40,240 nt of DNA, from assembly GCA_943788985.1 (NCBI GenBank), contig CALSSJ010000003.1, positions 1 through 40,240 on the forward strand. Reading direction: 5' to 3'. The notes below the pieces were generated by a model. That model did not search any database, was not told the DNA's origin, and was given only the letters and a program-made list of their open reading frames with translations. This document shows, piece after piece, positions 27,401-37,168 of the stretch (positions are counted from its first letter, which is position 1; every line of letters starts with the position of its first letter). The translations under genes were made by a program, and so were the position numbers. The DNA comes from an uncultured Lentisphaerales bacterium (GTDB lineage: Bacteria > Verrucomicrobiota > Lentisphaeria > JABSQK01 > UBA12247).

Positions 27401-28455
27401 AATACCAGGCCCTCCAACAGCGGCGTGTCCGTCTGAAAGGTCACCCATGGCTCGTCCAACGGCTGGCGGTTTGCGTAGCAGTCCTCGATGAGTTGGACCA
27501 ACGGCGCGACAGCCAGAGCCGAGTTCTTGGGCTCGCGGCCCTCGCAAATGGCGCCGGCAAAGTCTTCCATCTGGATGTTGTAGTAGTCGCCCAGTGCAAT
27601 ATCTGCAGCATTTCCCAGCGCTAGCCGAATTGGAGTGGGTTCCTCGCTGTCGCGGGCGAGCCGCTTGTCCTGGAACCAGACGTTGGATGGCCGGGTCGCA
27701 GCGGCCTCGATCATGCCGTGCTCGAAGAAAACCTGCAAGGTGTTTCGCAGTGTCCGCGTGCGGCTGAGTTCCACCCGCACCGGCACCTCCGCGCCGTTGC
27801 AGGGCAAGGTGAAGGTCATCTCGCTGTCTGTCTCGATCAGGCCTTCCGGTGAATTATCACGATATTCTTGGAGCATGGTTTCGGGCCAGCGCAGCCAGTA
27901 CATGATGCAGTCCAGGGTGTGGCTGCCGGTGTCGATCAAAACGCCGCCACCGCCAGTGCCGATCGCCATGTTTCCCGTGGACTGACACTCCCAGTCAAAG
28001 GCTCCACCTTCTTCGCCGTCGATGCGCTCGAGCTTCCCCAGCCAGCCGGATTCGATGACCTGCCGGATAAAGTCGTGGGTGGCATGATAGCGACGGTGTA
28101 GTCCCACCGAGAAGACCAGCGACTTTTCCTTGGCCAGCTTCACCAGCTCGCGGGTCTCGTCGGCCCTGATCGTGAGTGGCTTCTCACAGAGGACATGAAC
28201 GCCCTGCTGCAGAAAGTGACTACACATGGACAAATGCAAACCAGGCGGTGTGGCAATGATGACCGCATCAACGCCTGTTACCTGCTTGTAATCTTGCGTG
28301 GTGTGTGGAATCCCGAATCGCTGCGCTTCACGCGCGACTGCCTGGTCGTTCAAATCGACGAGCCATTCAGCCTTGATTCCTTCCGTGATCGCGAGTGCGG
28401 GCAAGTGTGCTTTCTGCATGATTGCACCACAGCCGATGACGCCAACTTTCAACAT
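27397..28455 (-). CDS. Gfo/Idh/MocA oxidoreductase
   Basis: VGVIGCGAI, IATPPGLH, HVLCEKP, GGGVLIDTGSH. Confidence 0.92.
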   Translation of the reverse strand: MLKVGVIGCGAIMQKAHLPALAITEGIKAEWLVDLNDQAVAREAQRFGIPHTTQDYKQVTGVDAVIIATPPGLHLSMCSHFLQQGVHVLCEKPLTIRADETRELVKLAKEKSLVFSVGLHRRYHATHDFIRQVIESGWLGKLERIDGEEGGAFDWECQSTGNMAIGTGGGGVLIDTGSHTLDCIMYWLRWPETMLQEYRDNSPEGLIETDSEMTFTLPCNGAEVPVRVELSRTRTLRNTLQVFFEHGMIEAAATRPSNVWFQDKRLARDSEEPTPIRLALGNAADIALGDYYNIQMEDFAGAICEGREPKNSALAVAPLVQLIEDCYANRQPLDEPWVTFQTDTPLLEGLVL

Positions 28456-28516
28456 CTGTAATTCCTTACGCGCCTTATAGTTGCAGGCGGCAGAATGCGC
28501 CGACCGAGAGCCGCAG

Positions 28517-28544
28517 ACTATAGAAGAATCGCCGTAGAACGCAA
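28517..28544 (-). promoter_or_regulatory. Possible sigma70 promoter for the Gfo/SDR pair
   Basis: TTGCGT-N16-TATAGT on the minus strand, about 60 bp upstream of 28455. Confidence 0.3.
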
Positions 28545-28585
28545 GCAGGCATGCAGGCTCAACGCTAGTGCTTCCGGCAAAGTTT

Positions 28586-28882
28586 CTACAAGTCCTCAGC
28601 CAAGCCTTCCACCGTAAAGCGCTTGCCCCAACTTACCCGAGCCAGAGCCAGCACACCATGTGCGCCTCGCTCAAGCGGCGTCAGTTCCTGTAGTGATACC
28701 GCCCCTCCTTCAATCTGTTCATGGTCCGCCGGTGGCGTACCAGCCACCAAGGGAACCACCAAAGTCACCTGGGGAAATAGCCTGCGCCAGACGCTGATTT
28801 CCTGCGCATGCGGCGTGTAGGAAAAGAGCGCCGAGCCTTGCCGAAAGTGTGGGACGTGGCTGTAAATCGCCAGATGCTACAC
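28586..28882 (-). pseudogene. Glycosyltransferase (GT4-like) relic with large internal deletion
   Basis: GTG then TAG, followed by HLAIYSHVPHFRQGSALFSYTPHAQEISVWRRLFPQVTLVVP (GT-B N-terminus-like) joined to SWGKRFTVEGLAEDL (GT4 C-terminus-like). Confidence 0.55.
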
Positions 28883-28899
28883 ACCAGATACAGCCGGTT

Positions 28900-30768
28900 T
28901 CAGGTGCGGCAGGAGAAGATCCCGTAGATTCGCACCGATGCCGCGCTAAGCAGCGCCACCGACACCACCAGCATCAGAGCGATATGGTCCACCCAGACGG
29001 CGTCTGGCAGCTGCGCGAACAGCTCATTGCTGGTCACACGCACCGAGGCCACGATCGGGTTCGCCGTCAGCACCATGCGCTGCGTCTGGAGGTCGAATGC
29101 GCCCGGCAGGAGTACGCCAAATGTGCAGACGCAGATCACCGCAGCGAAGCCATAGCTAATCCCTGTGGCCACGGCAGTTTGCTGACTGAACGCCGATGCA
29201 CATAGCCCTGCTGAGGTCAGCACCAGCGCGGTCAGCACGAGGATCCCAAACCAAATTCCTACGCGCCAGAACGCGCCCTCAGCCTCCATTGCGGCCAAGG
29301 ACAGCATAACCGGCAGACTAGCAGCCAGAAACACAGACACATAGACCAGCGAAGCCTTCAGCTTCCCTGCCACAAGCGCCAGCGCCGAAAGCGGCGTCAT
29401 GCGCAGCGACAACATCGTCTTGCCGGTAATCTCATCGGTGATCGCCCCGCTGCTCACCAAAGGTGCCAGCAGCGCCACCAGCCCCACCTGATAAACCACC
29501 GCAACCCAGCGCACCGTATCGGCGCTGGCGCTCGTAGCATAGGCACGAGCCACCAGGATCAGCAGCAAGATCGAAATCGCCACGCAGGTGTAAAGACTGC
29601 GGATAATGAACGTGGGCCGGCCAAAGAACTTGCTGCGCATCTCGGCCACATAGAACGGATTGCGCCACAGGCTGATGCAGCGCCGTTTGGGGGGACGTTC
29701 CGACTTCTTTTCAGCCGCCTTTACTTCTTCTTTCTTGCGCTCGCCCTTCGCCAGTTCAGTCAGTTTTGCGGACTTCGCAAGCAGCCCGCGGATGATCATC
29801 AGCAAGCCGATATCCACCGCCACAAACAGCACGGAAAGCTTCTCTGCCACGTTGGTCCCAAAGTCCGAACCCGTTGCATTGCGCGCTGATTCAACGATCT
29901 GGTACTCGCCGTACACTGCACCCACCAGCACCGCGATGAGGATCCAAGCTACGGTGCGGCACACGCGCTCCGGACGCGGCGGGGATGAAATCGAACGCGC
30001 AAACACACACAAAGCCAGCAGCGCCACGCAGCCCATGCCTATGAGATAGGTCCAGAACGGGCCGGCGCTGCTCTGGTAGATCCAGGTATCGCTGGCCAGC
30101 CGGTACTGAGTCGGCAGGATCAATGAATACATGGCGTCATAAGGACTCAGGTTCCGGAGCACCTGCCAAAACGAGCGACCGGCCTCAAAGCGGCCCAGCA
30201 GTGCTGCCGGCAGCCAGGTGCTCCCCGCCAGCATTCCGATCATGCAATACGTCACCACCAGAGACGTCACGGTCCGCCGACACAGCGCGCTCACCGCCAG
30301 CCCAATCATCCCGTACGTCACCGCAGCAACCGCGATCACGGCATAGCAGCGCAGTAAAAGTTGCGGGCCAATTCCGCCGCTCAACGAGCAGATCGCACCA
30401 ATCGGCATGGAAATCACGACCACACCCAGAATCATCGAAAGTGAGGCAAACAGCTTGCCCGTCAGGATCTCCGTGGGCGTCAGCAGAGACGTGAAAAGCA
30501 GGTCAAACGACCGATTCTCCCGCTCGCTGGTCACCGCCGAACTCGACAGCGCCGGCACAAAAAGGCAAATCAGCGTCAGGTTGGCCATCAGAAAGATCAC
30601 GAAAATCTGCATGCTGCCCTCGGATGCCAGTGAAAAGATGCCATTGGCCGGCCAGAGCAAAATCAAGATAGCAGCAAGAATCAGGACGAATGCCAACGTC
30701 AAAATCGAAACCCGCGGGTCCCGGCTGGCCGCGTGAATCTCGCGCCGAAAAATCGGGTTACCGATCAT
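28900..30768 (-). CDS. ABC-2 type transporter permease with two permease domains
   Basis: NPIFRRE...SERENRSFDLLFTSLLT...GKL, repeated as NPFYVAE...DEITGKTMLSLRMTPLS...GKL; many TM segments. Confidence 0.88.
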   Translation of the reverse strand: MIGNPIFRREIHAASRDPRVSILTLAFVLILAAILILLWPANGIFSLASEGSMQIFVIFLMANLTLICLFVPALSSSAVTSERENRSFDLLFTSLLTPTEILTGKLFASLSMILGVVVISMPIGAICSLSGGIGPQLLLRCYAVIAVAAVTYGMIGLAVSALCRRTVTSLVVTYCMIGMLAGSTWLPAALLGRFEAGRSFWQVLRNLSPYDAMYSLILPTQYRLASDTWIYQSSAGPFWTYLIGMGCVALLALCVFARSISSPPRPERVCRTVAWILIAVLVGAVYGEYQIVESARNATGSDFGTNVAEKLSVLFVAVDIGLLMIIRGLLAKSAKLTELAKGERKKEEVKAAEKKSERPPKRRCISLWRNPFYVAEMRSKFFGRPTFIIRSLYTCVAISILLLILVARAYATSASADTVRWVAVVYQVGLVALLAPLVSSGAITDEITGKTMLSLRMTPLSALALVAGKLKASLVYVSVFLAASLPVMLSLAAMEAEGAFWRVGIWFGILVLTALVLTSAGLCASAFSQQTAVATGISYGFAAVICVCTFGVLLPGAFDLQTQRMVLTANPIVASVRVTSNELFAQLPDAVWVDHIALMLVVSVALLSAASVRIYGIFSCRT

Positions 30769-31721
30769 ACCGGGTCGGATGCCTTGACAACAGGACCATC
30801 CTTCTTGCCGGTTACCGCCAGGAACACGTTCTCTAGGTCCACCTTGGCCTCACTGAACGAGAGTACCCGGACCCCCTCCTTGATCAGCTTGGCATTCAAA
30901 TCTGCGACACCAGCGCGCTTCCCCGTGTACTCCACGTCGAGTTCATGACCCGAGACATTAACGCTCTTAATGCTCTTTTCGGCCTTCAGAATTTTGGCTG
31001 CCGCCTCAGTGTCTCCGTCTATAACGATATCGAGTGCGATATTCTCCTTTAACTTGCTGCTGATCTCGGCGACCGTGCCGTGGATCAGTAGTCGTCCCTT
31101 TTCGAGGATCGCGACGTGGTCGCAGATCGCGCCGAGCTCGGGCAAAATGTGCGAACTCAGCATGATGGTCTTGCCGATGGACTTAAGCCGCAGAATCGTA
31201 TTGCGCATGTCTATCCGAGCATGTGGGTCGAGGCCGTTTGCAGGCTCGTCTAAAATCAGCAGTTCGGGATCATGCAACAAGGTCTTGGCGATGCCCGCCT
31301 TTTGGTGCATCCCGTGTGACAACGACGCCACCTGATAATCCAGCATGTGCGTGGCTTCGATCAGCTCCGCCACCTCCTCAATGCGCTTGCGCCGCACCTT
31401 GGTCCCGATTTTGTAGGCAGCGCCGAAGAAATCCAGATATTCCCAGACCGTCATCTGATCGTAGACGCCGAAGTGATCCGGCAGATAGCCGATGATACTC
31501 TTGATCTTTCGCGTATTGCTGCGATTGACCAGAAGACCGTTGATTTTGGCCGTGCCCCGGGTCGGATTCGCCAGCCCGCAAAGCATCTTGATGGTCGTGG
31601 TCTTACCAGAGCCATTGGGCCCGACATAGCCAAATATCGTGCCCTTGGGGACATGCAATGTCAGGCCGTGAATACCACGCCCAGTTCCATAGTCCTTCGT
31701 CAGATCTTCCGTGCGAATCAT
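30765..31721 (-). CDS. ABC transporter ATP-binding protein
   Basis: GPNGSGKTT, LSHGM signature, LILDEP, SSHIL. Confidence 0.95.
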   Translation of the reverse strand: MIRTEDLTKDYGTGRGIHGLTLHVPKGTIFGYVGPNGSGKTTTIKMLCGLANPTRGTAKINGLLVNRSNTRKIKSIIGYLPDHFGVYDQMTVWEYLDFFGAAYKIGTKVRRKRIEEVAELIEATHMLDYQVASLSHGMHQKAGIAKTLLHDPELLILDEPANGLDPHARIDMRNTILRLKSIGKTIMLSSHILPELGAICDHVAILEKGRLLIHGTVAEISSKLKENIALDIVIDGDTEAAAKILKAEKSIKSVNVSGHELDVEYTGKRAGVADLNAKLIKEGVRVLSFSEAKVDLENVFLAVTGKKDGPVVKASDPV

Positions 31722-31728
31722 AGCATTC

Positions 31729-32709
31729 CTACATCAATTTCATGCCGGGCAAGTCCTGAATGTCGATCACGCCAATCACTCGATTTGCATCATCTACCAC
31801 TGGAACATCATCCACGTGCTTCTTCTCCACCAGAGCAAGAACCTCTGCCGCAAGCGAATCTGCCGCGATCGTGCTTGGGTTCTTGGTCATGACCGAGGAG
31901 ATTGGTTGCCGCAGGATGTCCAAATCTTGCTGGGCACAGCGGCGAAAATCTCCGTCGGTAAAGATACCAAGCAGGCCATCTTGCTGATCCACCACGAGCA
32001 CCGAGCCAACGCGGTGCCGGGTCATCTCCTCCAGTGCTTCGCGCACGGTCGCCTCTGGCAGAATCCGAGCGGTTCGATCCACGGGGCGAATCACATCACG
32101 AGCACGCAGCGTCAGCGCGCGGCCGATCGCACCGGCGGGGTGCAAACGCCCGTAGTCCTCACGCGTAAAGCCACGGCACTGCAGCAGAACCATTGCCAGC
32201 GCATCACCAAGGGCCAACAAAGCCGTGGTCGTCGCGGTCGGCGCGAGATTAAACGGACACGCTTCGCGAGGCACAGGCATCGGCACGATCAGGTCCGACC
32301 ACTCCGCCAGACGCGAGGTCAGCACACCGGTGATTCCCACGACTTTCACGCCCGTCCTGCGCATCACCGGCAGAATCCCAAGGAGCTCCTCGGTCTCGCC
32401 GCTGTAGCTCAGTGCCAGCAGAATATCCTTGGTAGTCATCACGCCAAGGTCCCCATGCAGAGCCTCGACGGGGTAGAGAAAGGCAGAAGCAGAGCCGGTG
32501 CTCGCCAGCGTGGCCGAGAGCTTGCGCCCGATATGAGCGCTCTTTCCAATACCGGCCAGAACCAGCTTGCCCCCACCATTCAGGCATTCCAGGCACGCCT
32601 GCACTAACTCTTCGAATGGTTGCCCCAGGTTGTCACGGATTGACGTGACGGCCTCCAGCTCGATATCTAATACATCGCGAGCACGCGAGAGTACGTTAAC
32701 GTTCGACAC
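31729..32709 (-). CDS. kdsD: KpsF/GutQ-family arabinose-5-phosphate isomerase (SIS + CBS)
   Basis: GIGKSAHIG, EALHGDLG, SYSGET, EACPFNLAPT, LHPAGAIG, GIFTDGD. Confidence 0.92.
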   Translation of the reverse strand: MSNVNVLSRARDVLDIELEAVTSIRDNLGQPFEELVQACLECLNGGGKLVLAGIGKSAHIGRKLSATLASTGSASAFLYPVEALHGDLGVMTTKDILLALSYSGETEELLGILPVMRRTGVKVVGITGVLTSRLAEWSDLIVPMPVPREACPFNLAPTATTTALLALGDALAMVLLQCRGFTREDYGRLHPAGAIGRALTLRARDVIRPVDRTARILPEATVREALEEMTRHRVGSVLVVDQQDGLLGIFTDGDFRRCAQQDLDILRQPISSVMTKNPSTIAADSLAAEVLALVEKKHVDDVPVVDDANRVIGVIDIQDLPGMKLM

Positions 32710-32953
32710 TTTGGTCCTCCTCCATCGCCTTCCATTGCGGGCCTTCAGCAGATTTCACCAGCACCTCGATTCGCTTCTCCGTTTCGTCTAGACGCTTCCC
32801 GCAATAGATGGCTAGCTTGTTGCCCTCTTCAAATCTTGTCAGGCTTTCCTCAAGTGGCAGCTGTCCGCTCTCCATCTCACGCACGATTGCATCCAAGCGC
32901 GCCATGGCTTCCTCGAACTTCAGACTATCCGGTTTTTCTTCTGGCTGACTCAT
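32696..32953 (-). CDS. xseB: Exodeoxyribonuclease VII small subunit
   Basis: FEEAMARLDAIVREMESGQLPLEESLTRFEEG. Confidence 0.95.
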   Translation of the reverse strand: MSQPEEKPDSLKFEEAMARLDAIVREMESGQLPLEESLTRFEEGNKLAIYCGKRLDETEKRIEVLVKSAEGPQWKAMEEDQSVER

Positions 32954-33020
32954 TCACGGCCTCATTTGCAAACTCTGAAGACATGTACCTTACGGTCCTG
33001 CGCGGAGAACAGAATCAGAG

Positions 33021-34115
33021 TTAGCGTCGACGATGCTGCTCCCAGAATGCGAGGTTCGCCCCGAGTCGCGCATACAGACTGAACCGGTCGGTCGCCCACT
33101 CATGTGCCCGCGTGCCCATTTCATCGCAGAGTTGCGGACTCCGCAACGCATGGCAGATGAGCCGCGCCAGCGTTGCGGAGTCCGCAACTGGCACTAGCCA
33201 CCCGTTCTGGCCATCCGGCCCGATCACCTCTGGGCCAGGGCCAGCATCGGTGCCAATCACTGGCCTGCCGCACGCCTGTGCCTCGGCCAGGACAATGCCC
33301 TGTGTTTCCATGTGGCTGGGGAACACGCACACCTGTGCCCCAGCCATCAACTCAGCCACACGCTCACGCGGCTGGGGGCCCAGGATTTGCACGCCCTCCC
33401 CTGCCAGTGCCTCGACACGACGCCTCGCCTCTGCATCGGGTGCAGCGCCCACGATCAGCAGTTGCGCGGCTGAGAACTCCGCACGCACGCTCGGGAAGAC
33501 ATTCAGAAGATCGAAGATGCCCTTCTTCTCGACCAGCGAGCCGACAAAGACAATTCGGCCGGGCTGAACCGATTCCGGTTTGGGCCGAAAGCAGCGGGTA
33601 TCGATCGCGTTCGGCAGTACGTCGATCGTACGCCGCCCGAGTCGCATGGCCTCCCGGGTTGTCCGGGCGGCAAAATGGCTGACGGCACACAGCCCGGCTG
33701 CCCGGCGAATCCCGTACTGTTCTAGAAACAGGCGCCGCCAGCGGCGCCTCTGCCGCACGGTCGCGCACCAAAAGTGGTGCCCGCCGTTCATCCGCACCAC
33801 AGTGCCCGGGCCACCGGGCAGGCAGTGCGCCTCGCATTCCGGGCTCTCGACCAGGTCCACCTCGCCTGCCGCAAGCGCTTGGCGAAGTGTCGCCTGCAGC
33901 CGTCTCATATCTGGCCAAGGCTGTTCGCAGCGCATCAAGTGCACGCGTACGCCCCGATCGAACTCTTGGCCCTCGCGGTCGCCACAAACGTAGACTGTGG
34001 CATCATGGTGGGGAGTGGCTGCTAGGGCCCGCGCGAGGGTTTGTGTGGCAGTCCCAATTCCGCCGTATCGGCGCGCTACGGTGGGATACTCAGCGCATAA
34101 AAAGCCGACGCGCAT
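33021..34115 (-). CDS. Glycosyltransferase family 4
   Basis: EYP...GGIGT, PNAID, FVGSLVEKKG, PSHMETQGIVLAEAQACGRPVI. Confidence 0.92.
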   Translation of the reverse strand: MRVGFLCAEYPTVARRYGGIGTATQTLARALAATPHHDATVYVCGDREGQEFDRGVRVHLMRCEQPWPDMRRLQATLRQALAAGEVDLVESPECEAHCLPGGPGTVVRMNGGHHFWCATVRQRRRWRRLFLEQYGIRRAAGLCAVSHFAARTTREAMRLGRRTIDVLPNAIDTRCFRPKPESVQPGRIVFVGSLVEKKGIFDLLNVFPSVRAEFSAAQLLIVGAAPDAEARRRVEALAGEGVQILGPQPRERVAELMAGAQVCVFPSHMETQGIVLAEAQACGRPVIGTDAGPGPEVIGPDGQNGWLVPVADSATLARLICHALRSPQLCDEMGTRAHEWATDRFSLYARLGANLAFWEQHRRR

Positions 34116-35147
34116 TCAGTCGGGCTTAATACTGGTCGCGACGCTGTGCGGGAGCGGGGCAGGAAGCCGGATCGTCTGCAGGTCCGTTTGGCCCAGTTCC
34201 CGCAGGGTCTTCTCGAATCCCTTATACTCTAGGGCGCGCCCGCTATCGGCGGTCACCAGCATGTGCAGACTGAACAGCTCCGGGAGCACGGGCCCGGGCT
34301 CTGGCAAACCCGTGAACAAGTCACTTACTGCTAGCATTCCGCCTGGTGCCAAGCAGCAGAGGGCTCGCTCTAGAAAGGAACCAGTCTGACTGCCCTCGGT
34401 ACGGTGGATCACGCCCGAAATCAGGACTGCGTCGTAGGGCGTGTCGGTGGCAGCTAACTCTTCGAGCACACCGGGTGCATCGGCAAAAATGTCTCCAGGA
34501 CGAAGCGTGACGCGATCCATTCCGGGAGATTGGCCATGGAGACCGGCGGCGACCTCAAGAATCGGGCCGAGGTCTACCACTGTGATTTCTAAGCTCGGGT
34601 GATAGGCAGCCAGCATCTGCGCATAGGTCGCGGGCCCCCCCCCGAGATCTAAGAGCCGACGGCGATCCGCGAAGGGCAGCATCGGCGTCAGCACCTGGGC
34701 TACGCCAAGGGCTCGCTGGTGCATGGCTAGGACGAAGTTACGAGTGTCCTCGTAGTCCCGGCCCAGAAACTGATCGTGGGGTTGCGGTGGCTGTGCCTGC
34801 CGGACGGCGTCTGCCAGCTGCCCCCAGGCGCCGTAGGTCTTCGCATTGAACAAGATGGTCTGGCCGAGGTAGGCAGGACCACCGGAGACCAAATAGGCCA
34901 GAGCCGAAGGACTGTTCTGCCAGCGACCGTCCGTCGGCTCGCACAGCTCTAGCGCCTGCAGGGCTTCAAGCAAAAGGCTCAGGGAGCGACTCGGAAGCTT
35001 CAGGCCGGCAGCCAGTTCCGCCTCGGTCGCACCGTCCACGCCGATCGTATCGAAAATTTCTAGTTCAATCCCCGCGAACAGCGCACAGGATCGCCAATAG
35101 CCAGTAGACAGGTCAAACAGGCTCGCAGGAGATGGAGGCAGTATCAT
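34116..35147 (-). CDS. SAM-dependent O-methyltransferase (dimerisation + Methyltransf_2)
   Basis: N-terminal winged helix (ELEIFD...ELAAGL), LLDLGGGPA, GDIF. Confidence 0.88.
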   Translation of the reverse strand: MILPPSPASLFDLSTGYWRSCALFAGIELEIFDTIGVDGATEAELAAGLKLPSRSLSLLLEALQALELCEPTDGRWQNSPSALAYLVSGGPAYLGQTILFNAKTYGAWGQLADAVRQAQPPQPHDQFLGRDYEDTRNFVLAMHQRALGVAQVLTPMLPFADRRRLLDLGGGPATYAQMLAAYHPSLEITVVDLGPILEVAAGLHGQSPGMDRVTLRPGDIFADAPGVLEELAATDTPYDAVLISGVIHRTEGSQTGSFLERALCCLAPGGMLAVSDLFTGLPEPGPVLPELFSLHMLVTADSGRALEYKGFEKTLRELGQTDLQTIRLPAPLPHSVATSIKPD

Positions 35148-36145
35148 CGTAGTCGGTATTCTTTCAGTTCGGTTTCAAAGGATTCGAATGAGACATAACG
35201 CTTGGCCGGCTCAGACTGAATCGCTCGCATGACGATCCGTGCCAGATCGGGATGCAGATCCAAATTGTCAAAAACCATGTCCTCGCGACCGCTGGCGAGA
35301 TAGCGCTCTGCAGTTTCCTGCACCTCACCAGACTCGAAAAAGGTCTGCCCTGTCAATGAATAGTACATCAGCATGCCCAGGCTGTAGATTTCGCTCCAGA
35401 CGCTCTCGCCAGCCCCGGTCAAGCGCTCTGGCGGCATAAAGTGCGGCGCCCCGTTTACCATCGGATTATCCGTCTCGAACATCGCCTCGACCACGTCCAT
35501 GCACAGCCCAAAATCGATCACGATCGGACGATTTGGCGGGGTGATCATGATATTCTCAGGCTTAAGATCGCGAAATAAAAATCCCTTCTGGTAGATGTTC
35601 CGCTCGACCTCGATCAGCGTGAGCATCATTGGGATCAGCTCTTCCTCACTCATGCGCCCATAGCGAAAAACGCGGTCATCCCAGCGCTGGCCGCTGATGA
35701 ACTCGCTCACGAAATAGTGCACGCCTTCGTGCTGATTGAGCTCCACAGAAGTCATGATGTTCGGATTATCTCTGAACAATGCAGCGACTTTCGCTTCGTT
35801 GTCCAATGCGGCGATCAGCGACTCATCACCAGCACACTCCGGCGGGACAATCTTGACCGCGAATTCTTTAAATGGTACGGATTGAGTAGTGGCCTTGAAG
35901 ACCAGCCCCATGCCCCCGCCACCGATCATTTTATAAAGAACGTAATCTCCAAGCTCGTAGGGAACCATGACATTCTTGCCACACTTGCTGCAAGGCAGCA
36001 CACATAACGGAGCATACCCCCGAACATTGAGACGCTCTCCGCAACTCTCACACGGGACCTTGCCCTGCAGGAATGAGGAAATCAGCGGAGGCGCTTCGGA
36101 ACTGCCGGGTTTGGACTGGGATTCGTGAAACCGGAAGAACGGCAT
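35144..36145 (-). CDS. Soluble Hanks-type Ser/Thr kinase with N-terminal zinc ribbon
   Basis: CESC...CSKC; IGGGGMGLVF, AVK, FRDLKPEN, IDFG, PPE, SEIYSLG. Confidence 0.9.
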   Translation of the reverse strand: MPFFRFHESQSKPGSSEAPPLISSFLQGKVPCESCGERLNVRGYAPLCVLPCSKCGKNVMVPYELGDYVLYKMIGGGGMGLVFKATTQSVPFKEFAVKIVPPECAGDESLIAALDNEAKVAALFRDNPNIMTSVELNQHEGVHYFVSEFISGQRWDDRVFRYGRMSEEELIPMMLTLIEVERNIYQKGFLFRDLKPENIMITPPNRPIVIDFGLCMDVVEAMFETDNPMVNGAPHFMPPERLTGAGESVWSEIYSLGMLMYYSLTGQTFFESGEVQETAERYLASGREDMVFDNLDLHPDLARIVMRAIQSEPAKRYVSFESFETELKEYRLR

Positions 36146-36330
36146 GAGACCTCAAAGATTCAACTGCAACATGGAGGCGGGCGACAGATGTACAGTAGGC
36201 AGGAATGCGAGAAACGCATCCCTGTTCGTGCGCACAGCGGTAGAACGCAATGTGTGCAGCCAGCGTGGGAAGTCAAGTAGCGCCAGCACGCAATCAGCTA
36301 AGGGCAAAACCCTTCCCGCCTGAAGAGCCA

Positions 36331-36891
36331 GTTTATGCTCGTCTGCTCGTCTGCTCGTTCCTGCCCAGTTGCGGAAAAGCCACTCGCCGCATTGGTAGCG
36401 CCGGTTTCACTTTTCCAACCAACTCAAGTGCCACACTCAGTGATGCAGCCTCGAATCATCTTGGCAACATTGCTGCCTATGCCCTGCCTTCGGACCGAAA
36501 AATCTACTTCATGCCAGAAGGCCCTTGACGGGGCATTTCAGATCGTTCGCCAGCGCCTCAGCTCTGATGTCTCCGACCAAACAGGATCGAATCCCCTGGA
36601 AGTTATGCTAGTTCTGGATGACGACAACGACGATGCCTTGCTCTTCTTTCCGCGGCGAAGGAGAGCCTGCCGATCGAACCGCCAGAAACCGCTGTCGCTA
36701 ACGACGGCAAGGCGTACGCAAGCTTTGTGGCAAAGCTAGGCACCAATTTTTTGAAGAAGAAGGATGCGAAGTCGAACAGCCGTGGCCTGCTGTTTATGGC
36801 AACAGCTGAACTCATCAATCCGATCAACAAGCAAGCGCGTCTTACCTTGATGCGGGCAGAAAGGGCGGACGTGGATGCTTCCCTTGAGTAA
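36331..36891 (+). pseudogene. Possible frameshifted lipoprotein of unknown function
   Basis: Lipobox-like LLVCSFLPSC. Protein-like reading passes from frame 1 to 2 (~36525) and back to 1 (~36650), ending TAA 36891. No family recognised. Confidence 0.3.
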
Positions 36892-37168
36892 CCGCTCAGC
36901 CTAGACAATGGCCCCGCAGGCAAGGCAAGAACAGGAAAACGCCCTAGCAGCACGAGTTCAGGGAGTAGCAAGGTCACTGAGAAGAAGACCTCAACAAAAG
37001 AAATCGTAAGTATTACCACAGCACTTCGTATGAAGGCAACCGATTTTCCGTGTCACGACTGTCTCCAGAGGTCAATGCTTTGGCCGAGTGGTCTTGCCCC
37101 CCAAAAAGGACATCAGTTGGAGCCGGCAGCTAAGAAGGAAGTGATGCGCTTTCGCCATCCGCTGGCGG

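Noticed and set aside
28900..31721. ABC exporter as the missing pump of the TolC operon
   Set aside because: It is an ABC-2 type system more than 22 kb away in a core operon with kdsD/xseB, not a T1SS-type fused ABC.
36290..36330. GGGCAAAACC as a c-di-GMP-I riboswitch
   Set aside because: The GNRA-capped P2 stem and the downstream GCAAAG/P3 elements are missing.
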